DNA from: an uncultured Methanoregulaceae archaeon
Lineage (GTDB): Archaea; Halobacteriota; Methanomicrobia; Methanomicrobiales; Methanospirillaceae
Direction: 5' to 3'
Length of the DNA stretch: 64,000 nt
Assembly (NCBI GenBank): GCA_963701095.1
Contig: OY969564.1
Location: 2,240,001-2,304,000 of the forward strand
A program made the translations under genes and the position numbers. The notes under the pieces are model-generated. The model did not search any database, had not been told where the DNA came from, and saw only the letters and a list, made by a program, of their open reading frames with translations. Shown here piece after piece: positions 38,772 to 48,870 of the stretch. Numbering within the stretch: position 1 is the first letter of the stretch; each line of letters opens with the position of its first letter.

Positions 38772-40076
38772 ATGTATAAATTGGGATTTGTTGCATGCCT
38801 CTTCGTCGTCGTTCTTGTCGGGGCATGCGGATGCTCTGTTGCATCTCCCGGAACTGGTCCAGTACCGGGGACAATGCCAACGTTACCTGCTACCTATATT
38901 GCCGGTGAAAATACACCTGCCGCGGAAACTTTCGTGATTACACCAACCCCGACGCCGCCAACTGCAGCGGTAAATATTTCTGGAGCTCAAACTAATGTGA
39001 CGCCTACCCAAGTCACCATTAACTGCAACGGTCAGTCATGTTCAGGTTTCGTTAATGTCACGCCGGGTAATCCTGATGCCCCGGTAAGCTCTTTTTCGGC
39101 GAATCCACAGTTTACGTATGTGCCGCCAAATTCCCCCAATCCGAATGTTTCAGTCCAGTTTACTGATACTTCGACAAATTCTCCGACATCGTGGGCCTGG
39201 TCATTCGGTGACACAAATCATAGCACCAGCTCGGTGGAGAACCCGACTTTTACCTATTATGGATACAATTATTATCAGGTCAGCCTCGGTGTGAGTAACC
39301 TTCTTGGACAGTCTTCGAGCACCGCTACTATCGCTGTTTGTCCTCTTGAAGCATCCTTTACGATGAACCAGACTACTGGTCCCGTGCCACTTACCGTCCA
39401 GTTCACCGATACTTCAAACAACCAACCCACGTCATGGTTATGGAACTTCGGGGACGGATCAACCAGCACCCAACAAAACCCCCTTCACCGGTACATCACA
39501 TCAGGAGTTTACACGGTCAGGCTGGATGCAACGGATGCTCTTGGCTCCTGCTGGAACACCAACCAGATCACCGTCTCGCCTTTGGTTGCATCGTTTATCG
39601 CTAACCAGACCAGTGGACTTGAACCTCTCACTGTCCAGTTTACCGATAAATCGACAGACCAGCCAATTTCGTGGCGATGGAACTTTGGTGACGGTGGAAC
39701 ATCCACTCTCCAGAATCCGGTCCACGTATACGCGACAGCAGGTTCGTATCTCGTAAATCTCAATGCCACGAACGGCTATGATGGATGGATGAGCGCTCCG
39801 CAATCGACGATCACCGTTTATTCCCTCCCTGCTGTATCCTTCACGGCAATCCCGACAACCGGGGCCGCCGGAACTTCCGTAGTATTTAATGACCAGAGCA
39901 CTGGCTCCCCCGCTCCCACATCTTGGTACTGGGACTTTGGCGATGGGTACAACAGCACATACCAAAACCCATCACACCAGTATGCCAGTGCCGGATTGTA
40001 TACTATCAGCCATTCGGCAACAAATGTGCAGGGAACGGAGTGGCTGAATAAAACGGCGTATATCTCTATATCATGA
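38772..40076 (+). CDS. Secreted/lipoprotein PKD-repeat protein (four PKD domains)
   Basis: Four VQFTD.S...PTSW.W.FGDG..S..QNP units; signal with GACGC; ATGA overlap with the next gene. Confidence 0.92.
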   Translation: MYKLGFVACLFVVVLVGACGCSVASPGTGPVPGTMPTLPATYIAGENTPAAETFVITPTPTPPTAAVNISGAQTNVTPTQVTINCNGQSCSGFVNVTPGNPDAPVSSFSANPQFTYVPPNSPNPNVSVQFTDTSTNSPTSWAWSFGDTNHSTSSVENPTFTYYGYNYYQVSLGVSNLLGQSSSTATIAVCPLEASFTMNQTTGPVPLTVQFTDTSNNQPTSWLWNFGDGSTSTQQNPLHRYITSGVYTVRLDATDALGSCWNTNQITVSPLVASFIANQTSGLEPLTVQFTDKSTDQPISWRWNFGDGGTSTLQNPVHVYATAGSYLVNLNATNGYDGWMSAPQSTITVYSLPAVSFTAIPTTGAAGTSVVFNDQSTGSPAPTSWYWDFGDGYNSTYQNPSHQYASAGLYTISHSATNVQGTEWLNKTAYISIS

Positions 40077-42257
40077 CACCCATACCACTTGCCAGCAGGA
40101 TCTCATCATTTTTTATTCACAAAGAGCCTGACGGAACTGAAACCGAGGTCTCTCTGGAAACACAGGACTCACCGTCAGAACAACCCGAAGAAAATTTTGT
40201 TCATAATGAGGCTAAGCCGGAACAGGACGTAATTCCTCAGATTCCTGAGAACCCGCGTCCGGTTTCACGTATCCAGAAGTTCATTTTGTACTTTGTTGAG
40301 CCGGAACTGGAACCGGACACAAAAACAACCGCTGTTGTCCCGGCACCAGCCAAAGAACCCCCCCAAAAACGTCCTGCCCTCCCTATAAAAGACCGGATTC
40401 ATGTACAACTGGCATCGTTAAGATCGTTTGGCCTGAAAATAGTATTGATTTTCGTCGAGCCCGGGTCCATTGAAACGGAGGCGGCTCCCCATCAGGATCT
40501 TCCTGCACTTTCTGAACCCGAATCTCCACAAGCGATCATTGAAGCTCCACCAGTCCAACCGGAACCCGTTCCAACCCTAACCGAAGAAAGCCAGGTCAGC
40601 TCCAGTCAAGGCCAAACCCTCTTTTATGGAGACGATCCGGTCATTACTCGTGTCGCCGGAAGCAAAGGAGATACAGACCCTTGATTTCGATCCGGGTGTT
40701 CTTGACGACCCATCCCTTGAGGGTTCGCTCCGGGATGTCAATATCACCTACAGGATCGATCCTCCGTACCAGTATGTGCATATCGAGTACAACAAACAAG
40801 AGGGGACCCTCATTTATTCCGTCGTAGAGCCGCAGCTCTCTGAAGATGAAAAAGTCGCCCTTGATATTATCGAGCAGGCATTCGAGAAACTGGTGAGTAC
40901 AAATCTCGAGATTATTGAGGGTGACCGGCGGACTGAATATCTCCGGGAACGGTTTTATTCCCTAGTCAATATATTCGGCCTCAAACTGACGGAACACCAG
41001 AAAGAGCGGATGTTCTTTGTGCTCAAACGACAGTATCTCGGGTACAGCCGGATCGACACCCTGATGAAAGACAAATATATCGAAGATATCAGCTGCAACG
41101 GGTCGGATATCTTCCTCTATGTCCAGCACCGTATCTATGGTTCCATCCGGACCAACGTGAAATTCGGAGAAGTTGAGCTCAACAATTTTGTCCTGAAACT
41201 TGCTCAGGTCGGCGGCAGGCATATCTCCCTCCTCCAGCCCATCCGTGACGTCTCGCTCCCAGACGGGAGCAGAGGAAACCTTACGCTCGGTGGTGAAGTA
41301 ACACGGAAAGGATCGACGTTTACCATCCGTAAATTCCGTGCAAACCCTATCTCACCCATCGAAATGATGGACTACCACTCGGTCGATGCGATGGAACTTG
41401 CGTATTTGTGGATCCTGATGGAATACAAGCGATCGATTCTTGTTTCCGGGGGAACTGCAACCGGTAAAACCACATTTTTAAACGTCCTGTGCAGTTTCAT
41501 TCCGCCTGAGTACAAGATTGTCTCTATCGAAGACACCGCTGAGCTTAACCTGATGCACCCCAACTGGATCCAGTCCATTACCCGGGCCGGGTTTGGCAGT
41601 TCCAGTGGCGGAGAGTCTGTGTCCGGGGTAAGCGGCGTCTCTTCTAAAACCCCGGGTGACATCTCGCTTTATGACCTGCTTGTTGCAGCTCTTCGTCAGC
41701 GTCCTGAGTTCATCATCGTTGGTGAAGTCCGGGGCAGCGAAGCGTTCACCCTGTTTCAGGCAATTGCTGTCGGGCACGCGGCCCTAGGGACCATCCACGC
41801 CGGGTCCATGGATGAACTCCTCGCCCGTGTGGAGTCAAACCCCATGAACGTTCCCCGGAGCCTTTTCTCCAACCTCGATGTCGTGCTCTTTCCCATGCAT
41901 ATCAAGAAAGGGGAACGGAGTATGCGGCGCCTGGCCAATATCGTCGAGATGCTGGAGTCTGACCGGGATTCAGGGGACCTTATCACGAACACCGTCTTCA
42001 AATGGCAACCTGATATCGATGAGTTTCAGTACCAGGGCCGCAGTTTCCTCTTTGACAAGATCAAAGATACCCATGGTGTAAGTAAAGAGTTACTCAACCA
42101 GGAACTCAAGGACCGGACAGCATTCCTGCTTAACCTGCAGAAGTCAGGTATACGGGAATACAACGCGGTAACCGAGCAGATCCGGGCATATTACCGGGAT
42201 AAACCCGCGGTGATGAAAGAGATTATTGCGGTCCAGACAGATGCAATTGAAGCGTAA
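40073..42257 (+). CDS. Type II/IV secretion (archaeal pilus assembly) ATPase with Pro/Glu-rich N-terminal extension; frameshift near 40578, or independent start at 40626
   Basis: IEDISCNG, FTIRKF, Walker A GGTATGKTT, SIEDTAEL, LRQRPEFIIVGEVRG, TIHA; the downstream frame is open back to 40581 (PKKARSAPVKAKPSF). Confidence 0.93.
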
Positions 42258-42424
42258 AGTACGTTTATAAGTCTTTTATCGATTCCCCGGGACTATTTTG
42301 TTAGTTAGATAAAATATGGATTAGTTTTTACTTTACCTTTAGATTAGAGGAGGATCGATTGATCTATTCTGCGCTATTTTGGGGAAAAGAGATTATTTCC
42401 GTTAGATAAATTGACAAATTACGA

Positions 42425-43651
42425 TCAACAGGGAAACGCTGGATCTTTGACCTGTACGGGTATTGCTGGGAATGTTCCATAGATGACGTTTATCGTTCCA
42501 TTTCCCGATGTCACATTAGTCCATACATTTCCATATTGATCGGTTACATTGGAGTAAGGATTAAACACGAAATTACTGTTGTAGGGATTTGAACCAAGAA
42601 CAAAATTTACGGTCTGAGCGGGGGGATATAACGGAGGATTCCCGTCAATATCCTTTAACTTCACAAAGACTCCCGTCACAGACCCGGAACCGTTAAGATA
42701 ACAGAATGTTTGCACAACCGGGTTAACTATGGGGACATAATTCTGATCAGCGGGAATAACCTCTGATTCTGAAACCCCGGTCATCCCGACATTATCGGTT
42801 ACCTCAAGGTTGACGAGGAATGGACCTGCATCCATCGGCGTAAAATGTGTGGTTTTTCCATGGGTGACATTCGCAATCATATCAGATGTGTCCGTCCAGT
42901 TACCCGGTGCCGGTTTTGTGTTTGCACCGCTGTAAATAGTCCAATTCCAATTGGAAATTGTGTTATCTGATGTAGATCCCGAACCGTCAAGTACCAAAAC
43001 ATCCCGCTGAAAAGGACCTAAGTTTTCATTATCTATGGAAGTTCGGAAATCGGCGATAGGGGGCTTATATGTTTGTTGAAAGAAGTTATTGAGTGAAGTC
43101 ATAACAATGATCTTGACCTGAGCATTTGTGGGGATGAACGTGTTACTGTTGAGGAACGAGGGATCGGTAAAATTGACCTGAATTTCCTTGCTCTGGCCTC
43201 CGGGAATGCCTATGGTACCCAAAGCGGACTGGTTAAGATTTTGTTCGTATTCGTATGGCAGGCCATTTGTCGTCCCGTTGAATACAGTAATATTATTGAC
43301 ATATTGTATGTTGTCTGATCCCGTACCTGATATGGCAATAGCGACAATGCCTACACCGTCTGTATTCAGGTTCACCAGGTGAAGGGTCATTGAACTCCAG
43401 TTTTCCGAATTAGTAATATTATATGGAGCAGGGGTCTGGTTCCAGGCATTAGGATCATTTTGGAAGTTTACCGTTGAGAACTGAACATTCTCAGCTTTTA
43501 CTTCTGCAATATGCTCCTGCTGGTTCGCCGCAGTTTTCTGCATCTGGGAGATCATGAGACCGAGAGCAGCCGCAGCAGTGACCGTTATCAGGATGAGCAG
43601 AAGCGTTCCTATAATAACAGAAACGCCCTTATCGTTTAACGGCCGGGTCAT
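42425..43651 (-). CDS. Large (minor) type IV pilin with class III signal and PKD-like domain
   Basis: NDKG|VSVIIGTLLLILITVTAAAAL; PPIADF...VLDGSGSTSD...WNWT...LEVTDN.G. Confidence 0.88.
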   Translation of the reverse strand: MTRPLNDKGVSVIIGTLLLILITVTAAAALGLMISQMQKTAANQQEHIAEVKAENVQFSTVNFQNDPNAWNQTPAPYNITNSENWSSMTLHLVNLNTDGVGIVAIAISGTGSDNIQYVNNITVFNGTTNGLPYEYEQNLNQSALGTIGIPGGQSKEIQVNFTDPSFLNSNTFIPTNAQVKIIVMTSLNNFFQQTYKPPIADFRTSIDNENLGPFQRDVLVLDGSGSTSDNTISNWNWTIYSGANTKPAPGNWTDTSDMIANVTHGKTTHFTPMDAGPFLVNLEVTDNVGMTGVSESEVIPADQNYVPIVNPVVQTFCYLNGSGSVTGVFVKLKDIDGNPPLYPPAQTVNFVLGSNPYNSNFVFNPYSNVTDQYGNVWTNVTSGNGTINVIYGTFPAIPVQVKDPAFPC

Positions 43652-43988
43652 GGAATATCATCACGTTAATTGTCGTCAATGGATAAATTACTTGCCTATT
43701 TTTATATATCTGACTATACTATAGTTCCATATCTCTATATTTATCTCAAAAGGGTCCACGCCTCTCTCATAATACTGTCATAATCCCAAAACCCACTAAA
43801 AAATTGAGCCTTTATAATCGGGGCGTTCGTGGACCTTTTGCCACGTATCATTATTGGTAAGATAAGATCCCGGATCGAAGCGTTTGTTATCATTCTTCTC
43901 AATGAAGGTGTTTACAGAAATACTATGCCAGTTGGAGACCTTTTCTCTACAAAAAAAGACTATATATTTGACAAAACAAATATAGTGT

Positions 43989-44600
43989 ATGTACCATGAA
44001 CTAAAGGAATTGCTTTTTTCTCCGGATGCATTTTTCACGAAGAAAACAAAAGAGAAAATTGATCTTTTATTACCGGCGATAATTGTCTTAATCGGCAGTA
44101 TGGTTGGACTTTTAACATCGTTTGTTATCAGTGAGTTTTTGAACACTGTAGAATTGAGACATGTAGTGGTAGTTCTGACCCCTGAAAATTTTCTTGTTAT
44201 TTTGTTAAAACCGTTCATCGCCTGGCTCCTGCTTACCGGCATTTTTTATGGATTATGTCGTTTATGGTCTGGGAAGGGGACATTTATTGCAACCCTCCAG
44301 AATACCGGCTATGGGGCCCTTCCCCTCACGATACTTACTCTAGTGCCTATTCTCGATGGGATTTTCACTAATTTGAATATGAATATACCCCCAATGCTTG
44401 GCTATGGCGTTGGAATCATTCTCGATCTTCTCACGGTTTTCTTTATCCTCTGGAGTGGCTACCTCTGGGTGTACGCGATGGAAAGAACCCATAAGATCGC
44501 TCACGAAAAGGCTATCGCTTCTGCCGTAATTGTAGTCCTGCTGTATTTAGGGTATCACCTTATCCACACGCTGGGAATTGTAAACCTATTGCCCTCATAA
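43989..44600 (+). CDS. YIP1-family membrane protein
   Basis: LLFSPDAFF N-terminus, GKGTF.ATLQ.TGYG.LP, five TMs. Confidence 0.82.
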   Translation: MYHELKELLFSPDAFFTKKTKEKIDLLLPAIIVLIGSMVGLLTSFVISEFLNTVELRHVVVVLTPENFLVILLKPFIAWLLLTGIFYGLCRLWSGKGTFIATLQNTGYGALPLTILTLVPILDGIFTNLNMNIPPMLGYGVGIILDLLTVFFILWSGYLWVYAMERTHKIAHEKAIASAVIVVLLYLGYHLIHTLGIVNLLPS

Positions 44601-44648
44601 TTTTTTATCCGGGCTCAAAACCAAAGATACACTGAACATCAGATTCTT

Positions 44649-45257
44649 CTAAGAGGGTCTTTTTACCGGACCGTGATTTTTTCCTGAAAAATTAACGTTA
44701 TTTAGTTTTCCTGGCAGAGGTGCCCTTTTAACGTACTCTAAGAATTTCCTGAAACCTTTCGGCTCCTTGCCGTTTCTTAATGCTGCTATGAAAGTATCCG
44801 AGATCCTAAACGGTGCTTCACGGACGACCTCCGCTTCTCGCGGCATACCCCGGCCACCTCGTTTCCACAGATCCGGCTGCCGGTTTGTTAACCAGAATAT
44901 AATGGCAGATAAACTGGGAGGGACAAATTTCACCGCAATTTCCTTTCTCATCCTCCCGTCAGGGTATTCGACAATCTTTTTCTGTGTCGTTTCCATGCCC
45001 AGTGCACGTTTGAAGAGCGAGTTTTCGACCGTACAATCTACCAGGTATTTACTTTTCTTTATTGACTGGGAAAAATCGGGATACCGGATTTTCCAGCGGT
45101 TCAGGGTACTCTCATTGATGTCAAAGACCATGGCCATCTGCACATCGGTCAATCCCATTAACGCAAGCTGGGCAAGCTTTTCTGGGTGATAGGCAGAATC
45201 ATAGAGAGTCGGTCTGCCTCTCTTTATCTTTTCACTGTCTGCTTTTTTCCGGGTCAT
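44649..45257 (-). CDS. Phage terminase small subunit-like HTH protein
   Basis: GRPTLY...LMGLTD.QMA..F.I.ESTL.RWK..YPDF...VENSLFKRALG...VPPS..AIIFWL.NRQP..W. Confidence 0.8.
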   Translation of the reverse strand: MTRKKADSEKIKRGRPTLYDSAYHPEKLAQLALMGLTDVQMAMVFDINESTLNRWKIRYPDFSQSIKKSKYLVDCTVENSLFKRALGMETTQKKIVEYPDGRMRKEIAVKFVPPSLSAIIFWLTNRQPDLWKRGGRGMPREAEVVREAPFRISDTFIAALRNGKEPKGFRKFLEYVKRAPLPGKLNNVNFSGKNHGPVKRPS

Positions 45258-45546
45258 GTATCCTCATATTAATATAAAATATACTCAAATTTAAAACACT
45301 GGCAAAAATCAACGGAGTTAAAGTGAACAAGTTCCTGATGTCCATCAATAGCATCTACGTCAAAGGATAAAGCCATAGCGGCTCAGGTAAATCCCCCATA
45401 GGGACAGGCAAAATGCGGGATATTAAGAAAAACGATATAAAGAATCAACAGGAAAATGATAGAACTTTCGGCGATGTAATGCTCCTAAGATAACATGCTG
45501 GCTTACGCTCTTTGAAAAATGAAGTGAGAGAATTGAATGTCAGGAG

Positions 45547-45621
45547 TGCTGCTAAGGGGATTCGAACCCCTGTCGCGAGCGTGAGAGGCTCGCATGATTG
45601 GCCGGTCTACACTATAGCAGC
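45547..45621 (-). tRNA. tRNA-Glu(CTC), no intron, CCA not encoded
   Basis: GCTGCTA/TAGCAGC acceptor stem, CGAGC-CTCTCAC-GCTCG anticodon arm, GGTTCGAATCC T-arm. Confidence 0.95.
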
Positions 45622-45796
45622 AACTGCTCACTAACATGGGCGATGGAGTTACTTAAAGTTTATCAGCCGCCTGTCCCGGCAGGTCACAAAGACTAAGACT
45701 TCTCCTACAACAGCCACAGAAATCCGTCCCCACCCAGAAGTACCCGGACAATTCATAAACAAGTATATCCAGAACCTGCGTCGATTGATATAGGAA

Positions 45797-46908
45797 ATGA
45801 GTGGCCTTGAAGAACAGATAGCCGAGCTGGAGGCGGAGCTCACCAAAACGCCGTACAACAAGGCTACTTCGAAGCACATCGGCCGGATCAAGGCAAAAAT
45901 TGCCAAACTCCGCGATGAAGCTGTCAACCGTGCGATGAAATCCGGTGGAGGCGGTGAAGGTTACTCGGTCAAGAAATCGGGTGATGCAACCGCTGTCCTT
46001 GTGGGGTTTCCTTCGACCGGTAAAAGTACACTCCTCAACAAGCTCACCGGCACGGCAAGTGCAGTCGCCGCGTATGCTTTTACGACCCTTACGGTCGTTC
46101 CCGGGGCATTGGAACACAAAGGCGCAAAGATCCAGCTTCTGGATATCCCGGGTCTTATTGCCGGTGCTGCCATGGGAAAAGGAAGAGGTAAGGAAGTCAT
46201 CGGTGTTGTCCGGGGCGCTGATATCATTATCATCCTCGTGGACGTCTTCAACGAGGCCCATGTTAACGTCCTCCTCAAAGAACTCTACGACGCCGGAATC
46301 CGTATCAATGTGCCAAAACCGGATATCACCATCAAGAAGTCATCAGTAGGGGGTGTCCGGCTGTCAGCGGTCGGGACGCTGGACCTCGATATCGAAGAAG
46401 TACGGTCTATCTTAGCGGAAAGCAAGATGATGAACGCAGATATCCTTATCCGCGGCAATGCCACGCAGGAAGACCTCATTGACGCCGTGCAGGGAAACCG
46501 GGTCTACGTCCCTGCATTTATCGCGGTCAACAAGGTTGACCTTATCGATAAAGAGGCCTACCTGCGGATCGAACATGACATCAAGGACAGGTTCGGCGCT
46601 GCTCCTCTCATGATATCAGCTCATGCCGGGTATCATATGGAAGAGCTTAAGGACGCGATCTATGATTGTCTTGGGTTCATGCGCCTGTATCTTAAACCCC
46701 AGAGCGGCGATGCCGATCTCGAAGAACCGCTGATCATCAGGACCGGCAGTACCGTCGAGACCGTCTGTACCAGCTCCACCGGGACTTCGTACGCCGGTTC
46801 CGGTATGCCCGGGTCTGGGGATCATCGGTAAAACACGGCGGCCAGCGGGTCGGCCTCACCCATAGACTCATTGACGGTGACATTCTCACCATCATCATCG
46901 AACACTAG
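45797..46908 (+). CDS. DRG/OBG-family GTP-binding protein with TGS domain; -1 frameshift near 46770
   Basis: [32 protein letters not shown]; second frame [22 protein letters not shown]. Confidence 0.93.
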
Positions 46909-46909
46909 G

Positions 46910-48022
46910 TCAGTCCCTTATCGCGGCTAAAATCACGGGCAGGGGGGCATCGGTTTTTACGCCGGTCCCGGAGAAGTGGGTCCGGCCTGCCGCGTAACCG
47001 GCAGCCTGCAGTCGTGCAAGAACCATATCGATAGGAGGCGGCGAAACCGCCAGTGACCGGGCGAGGAGATGATAATCGTAATGGCTGGAAAGTGGCAGTT
47101 CCTCGCGGCAGGTGCACAGTAGTTTTAAAAGGTCTTTGTGGGTGCCGAGTGCCAGGCCGGGAAGCTGGTCCTGCATCCCGGCAATAATAGCATCATCAAA
47201 CAGTTTTCCCAGGTACAGCGGTCCTATCGGCTGCAGGGATTTGCCACAGTAGGGGCAGGTATCCGCGTCAGGAAACATACCGGCCTGCTCCTTCCTGAAG
47301 GCACAGAAAGGGCACTGCAGGATAAAACCGATCCGGGCAATGGTCTGGTCAGCGTTCTGTGCACCCCGGGTTATCCTCAGGTTCAGGCGCACGAAATGTT
47401 CCCGGGCAAAACAGAAAAGCGGCTCGATGCCCCGGTCGTATTTTACGGTTTCCCTGACCACAAACCCCAGCAGGATCCGGAGCCCCACTTCAGCGTGGTA
47501 ACCGGTATTGGCCGGTCGGGCAAAATACCGGCGGATGCCGGCTTTTAAATGTGCCCCGCAAAGAGGAGCTGTATCTGTTGCCGTCACGAGGAGGAAACGC
47601 CGGCATCCCCGGATACCGGCATCGATAAACGGTGCCGGTGTCCCGAACGGGTCGATGTCGACAGCATCGAATGCCTGCTCAAAAAGGAGCGAACAGGCGT
47701 CCCGGCAGGTAACTGTCACCGGAAGCCCGGACCGGGTCACATTCTCCTGGATCAGGGGCATGGTTGCCGGGTCCCGGTCATTGATGGTAACCGGGATCCC
47801 GATTTCGTTTGCCACCCGGAGCCCCCGGACGCCGGTTGCACCCATGGTATCGACATAATCAGAGGGTCTGAGTACCGAAAGAAGGAGAATGGTGGCATCC
47901 CGGTTGAGCTCCATGCGGCGGTTGAAAAAGACCGGGGCGGTACCGGGGGGGAACTGTTCACGGCAGTCCTGGACCGGCACCAAAAACGTTGTTTTTCCTT
48001 CTGTTGCCTCGATAATGTCCAT
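46910..48022 (-). CDS. trm1: tRNA (guanine-26-N2)-dimethyltransferase
   Basis: VFFNRRMELNRD, ATGVRGLR, DIDPFGTP, TATDTAPLCG, HAEVGLRIL, RTHF..TG.KTDA. Confidence 0.95.
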   Translation of the reverse strand: MDIIEATEGKTTFLVPVQDCREQFPPGTAPVFFNRRMELNRDATILLLSVLRPSDYVDTMGATGVRGLRVANEIGIPVTINDRDPATMPLIQENVTRSGLPVTVTCRDACSLLFEQAFDAVDIDPFGTPAPFIDAGIRGCRRFLLVTATDTAPLCGAHLKAGIRRYFARPANTGYHAEVGLRILLGFVVRETVKYDRGIEPLFCFAREHFVRLNLRITRGAQNADQTIARIGFILQCPFCAFRKEQAGMFPDADTCPYCGKSLQPIGPLYLGKLFDDAIIAGMQDQLPGLALGTHKDLLKLLCTCREELPLSSHYDYHLLARSLAVSPPPIDMVLARLQAAGYAAGRTHFSGTGVKTDAPLPVILAAIRD

Positions 48023-48085
48023 TGCGGTGAGAGTGTTAAAGCGCGCAAAACTTATACATATGCCCCTGCAATTGGTATGAGCAGT

Positions 48086-48160
48086 GGGCGAGTGGCTTAG
48101 TCCGGATAGAGCGTTAGCCTCCTAAGCTAATGGTCGGGGGTTCAAATCCCCCCTCGCCCG
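48086..48160 (+). tRNA. tRNA-Arg(CCT), no intron
   Basis: GGGCGAG/CTCGCCC acceptor stem, TTAGC-CTCCTAA-GCTAA anticodon arm, GGTTCAAATCC T-arm, followed by a T-run. Confidence 0.95.
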
Positions 48161-48263
48161 TAGGGTATCTTCTTTTTTTTACGGATGTCGCGTACCTTGA
48201 CTACATGAATTTTTTTAAGGAAAAAAACAAAAAATATCCGGTAGCACATCAAGAGGTGAACAA

Positions 48264-48793
48264 TTGAGAAAGGTCATTCTTTGTACGTTAGCAATGCTCT
48301 GTATCGGTGTGTTCCTCGTTGCCGGCTGTACTACCCCGGTTCCGGTACCACGAGTGCCCCCCCTGCGCCTGGCCAGGACACGGTCGCTACGCTCGCAAAC
48401 GGGACGTATGTTTTTAACGCCTCGATCGATCATATTACGGTCAGCCGTCCGCAATCGGGCGGCCATGAAATTGACATTTTTATTACGACAGTAAATACAG
48501 GAACTGCGCCGTTCATGCTGCAGCTGTTTAGTAAGGTTACCGGTCCAAATGGTGTTTCCTATGGTGGTGTGGGGGTCTCCCATGGCGGCTCGGGCACCGA
48601 AACAGATGAACTTGAACCGGGAAGTCAGGGAACCGGCCGGGATTACGTCGTTGTAGGTTCAGATAGTGACTATCAGGAGATGGTAAAAGAAGGAGCAACC
48701 CTTACCGTCTATTTTGTCACAGAACCGCTCGCAAATGAGACCCCCGTGAGTTTCCAGACCGCATGGACTCTGGATCCATCGGTATTTACATAA
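48264..48793 (+). CDS. Putative lipoprotein; -1 frameshift near 48337
   Basis: GAGGTG RBS and LVAGC lipobox in the first frame; globular domain (PGSGTTSAPP...) in the second frame. Confidence 0.7.
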
Positions 48794-48870
48794 CTTTTTT
48801 TAAAAAGGATCGCCCCCGGCAATCGCACCACGCAGGTTAATATCAGAACAACCCGATACCAGATCCTGAT

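Noticed and set aside
12290..43651. Archaellum (fla/arl) operon
   Set aside because: No archaellins or FlaC-G; two separate TadC genes and pilin-type signals indicate a pilus-type system
43989..45621. Intact provirus at tRNA-Glu
   Set aside because: No integrase, large terminase, portal or capsid genes, and no att duplication found by eye
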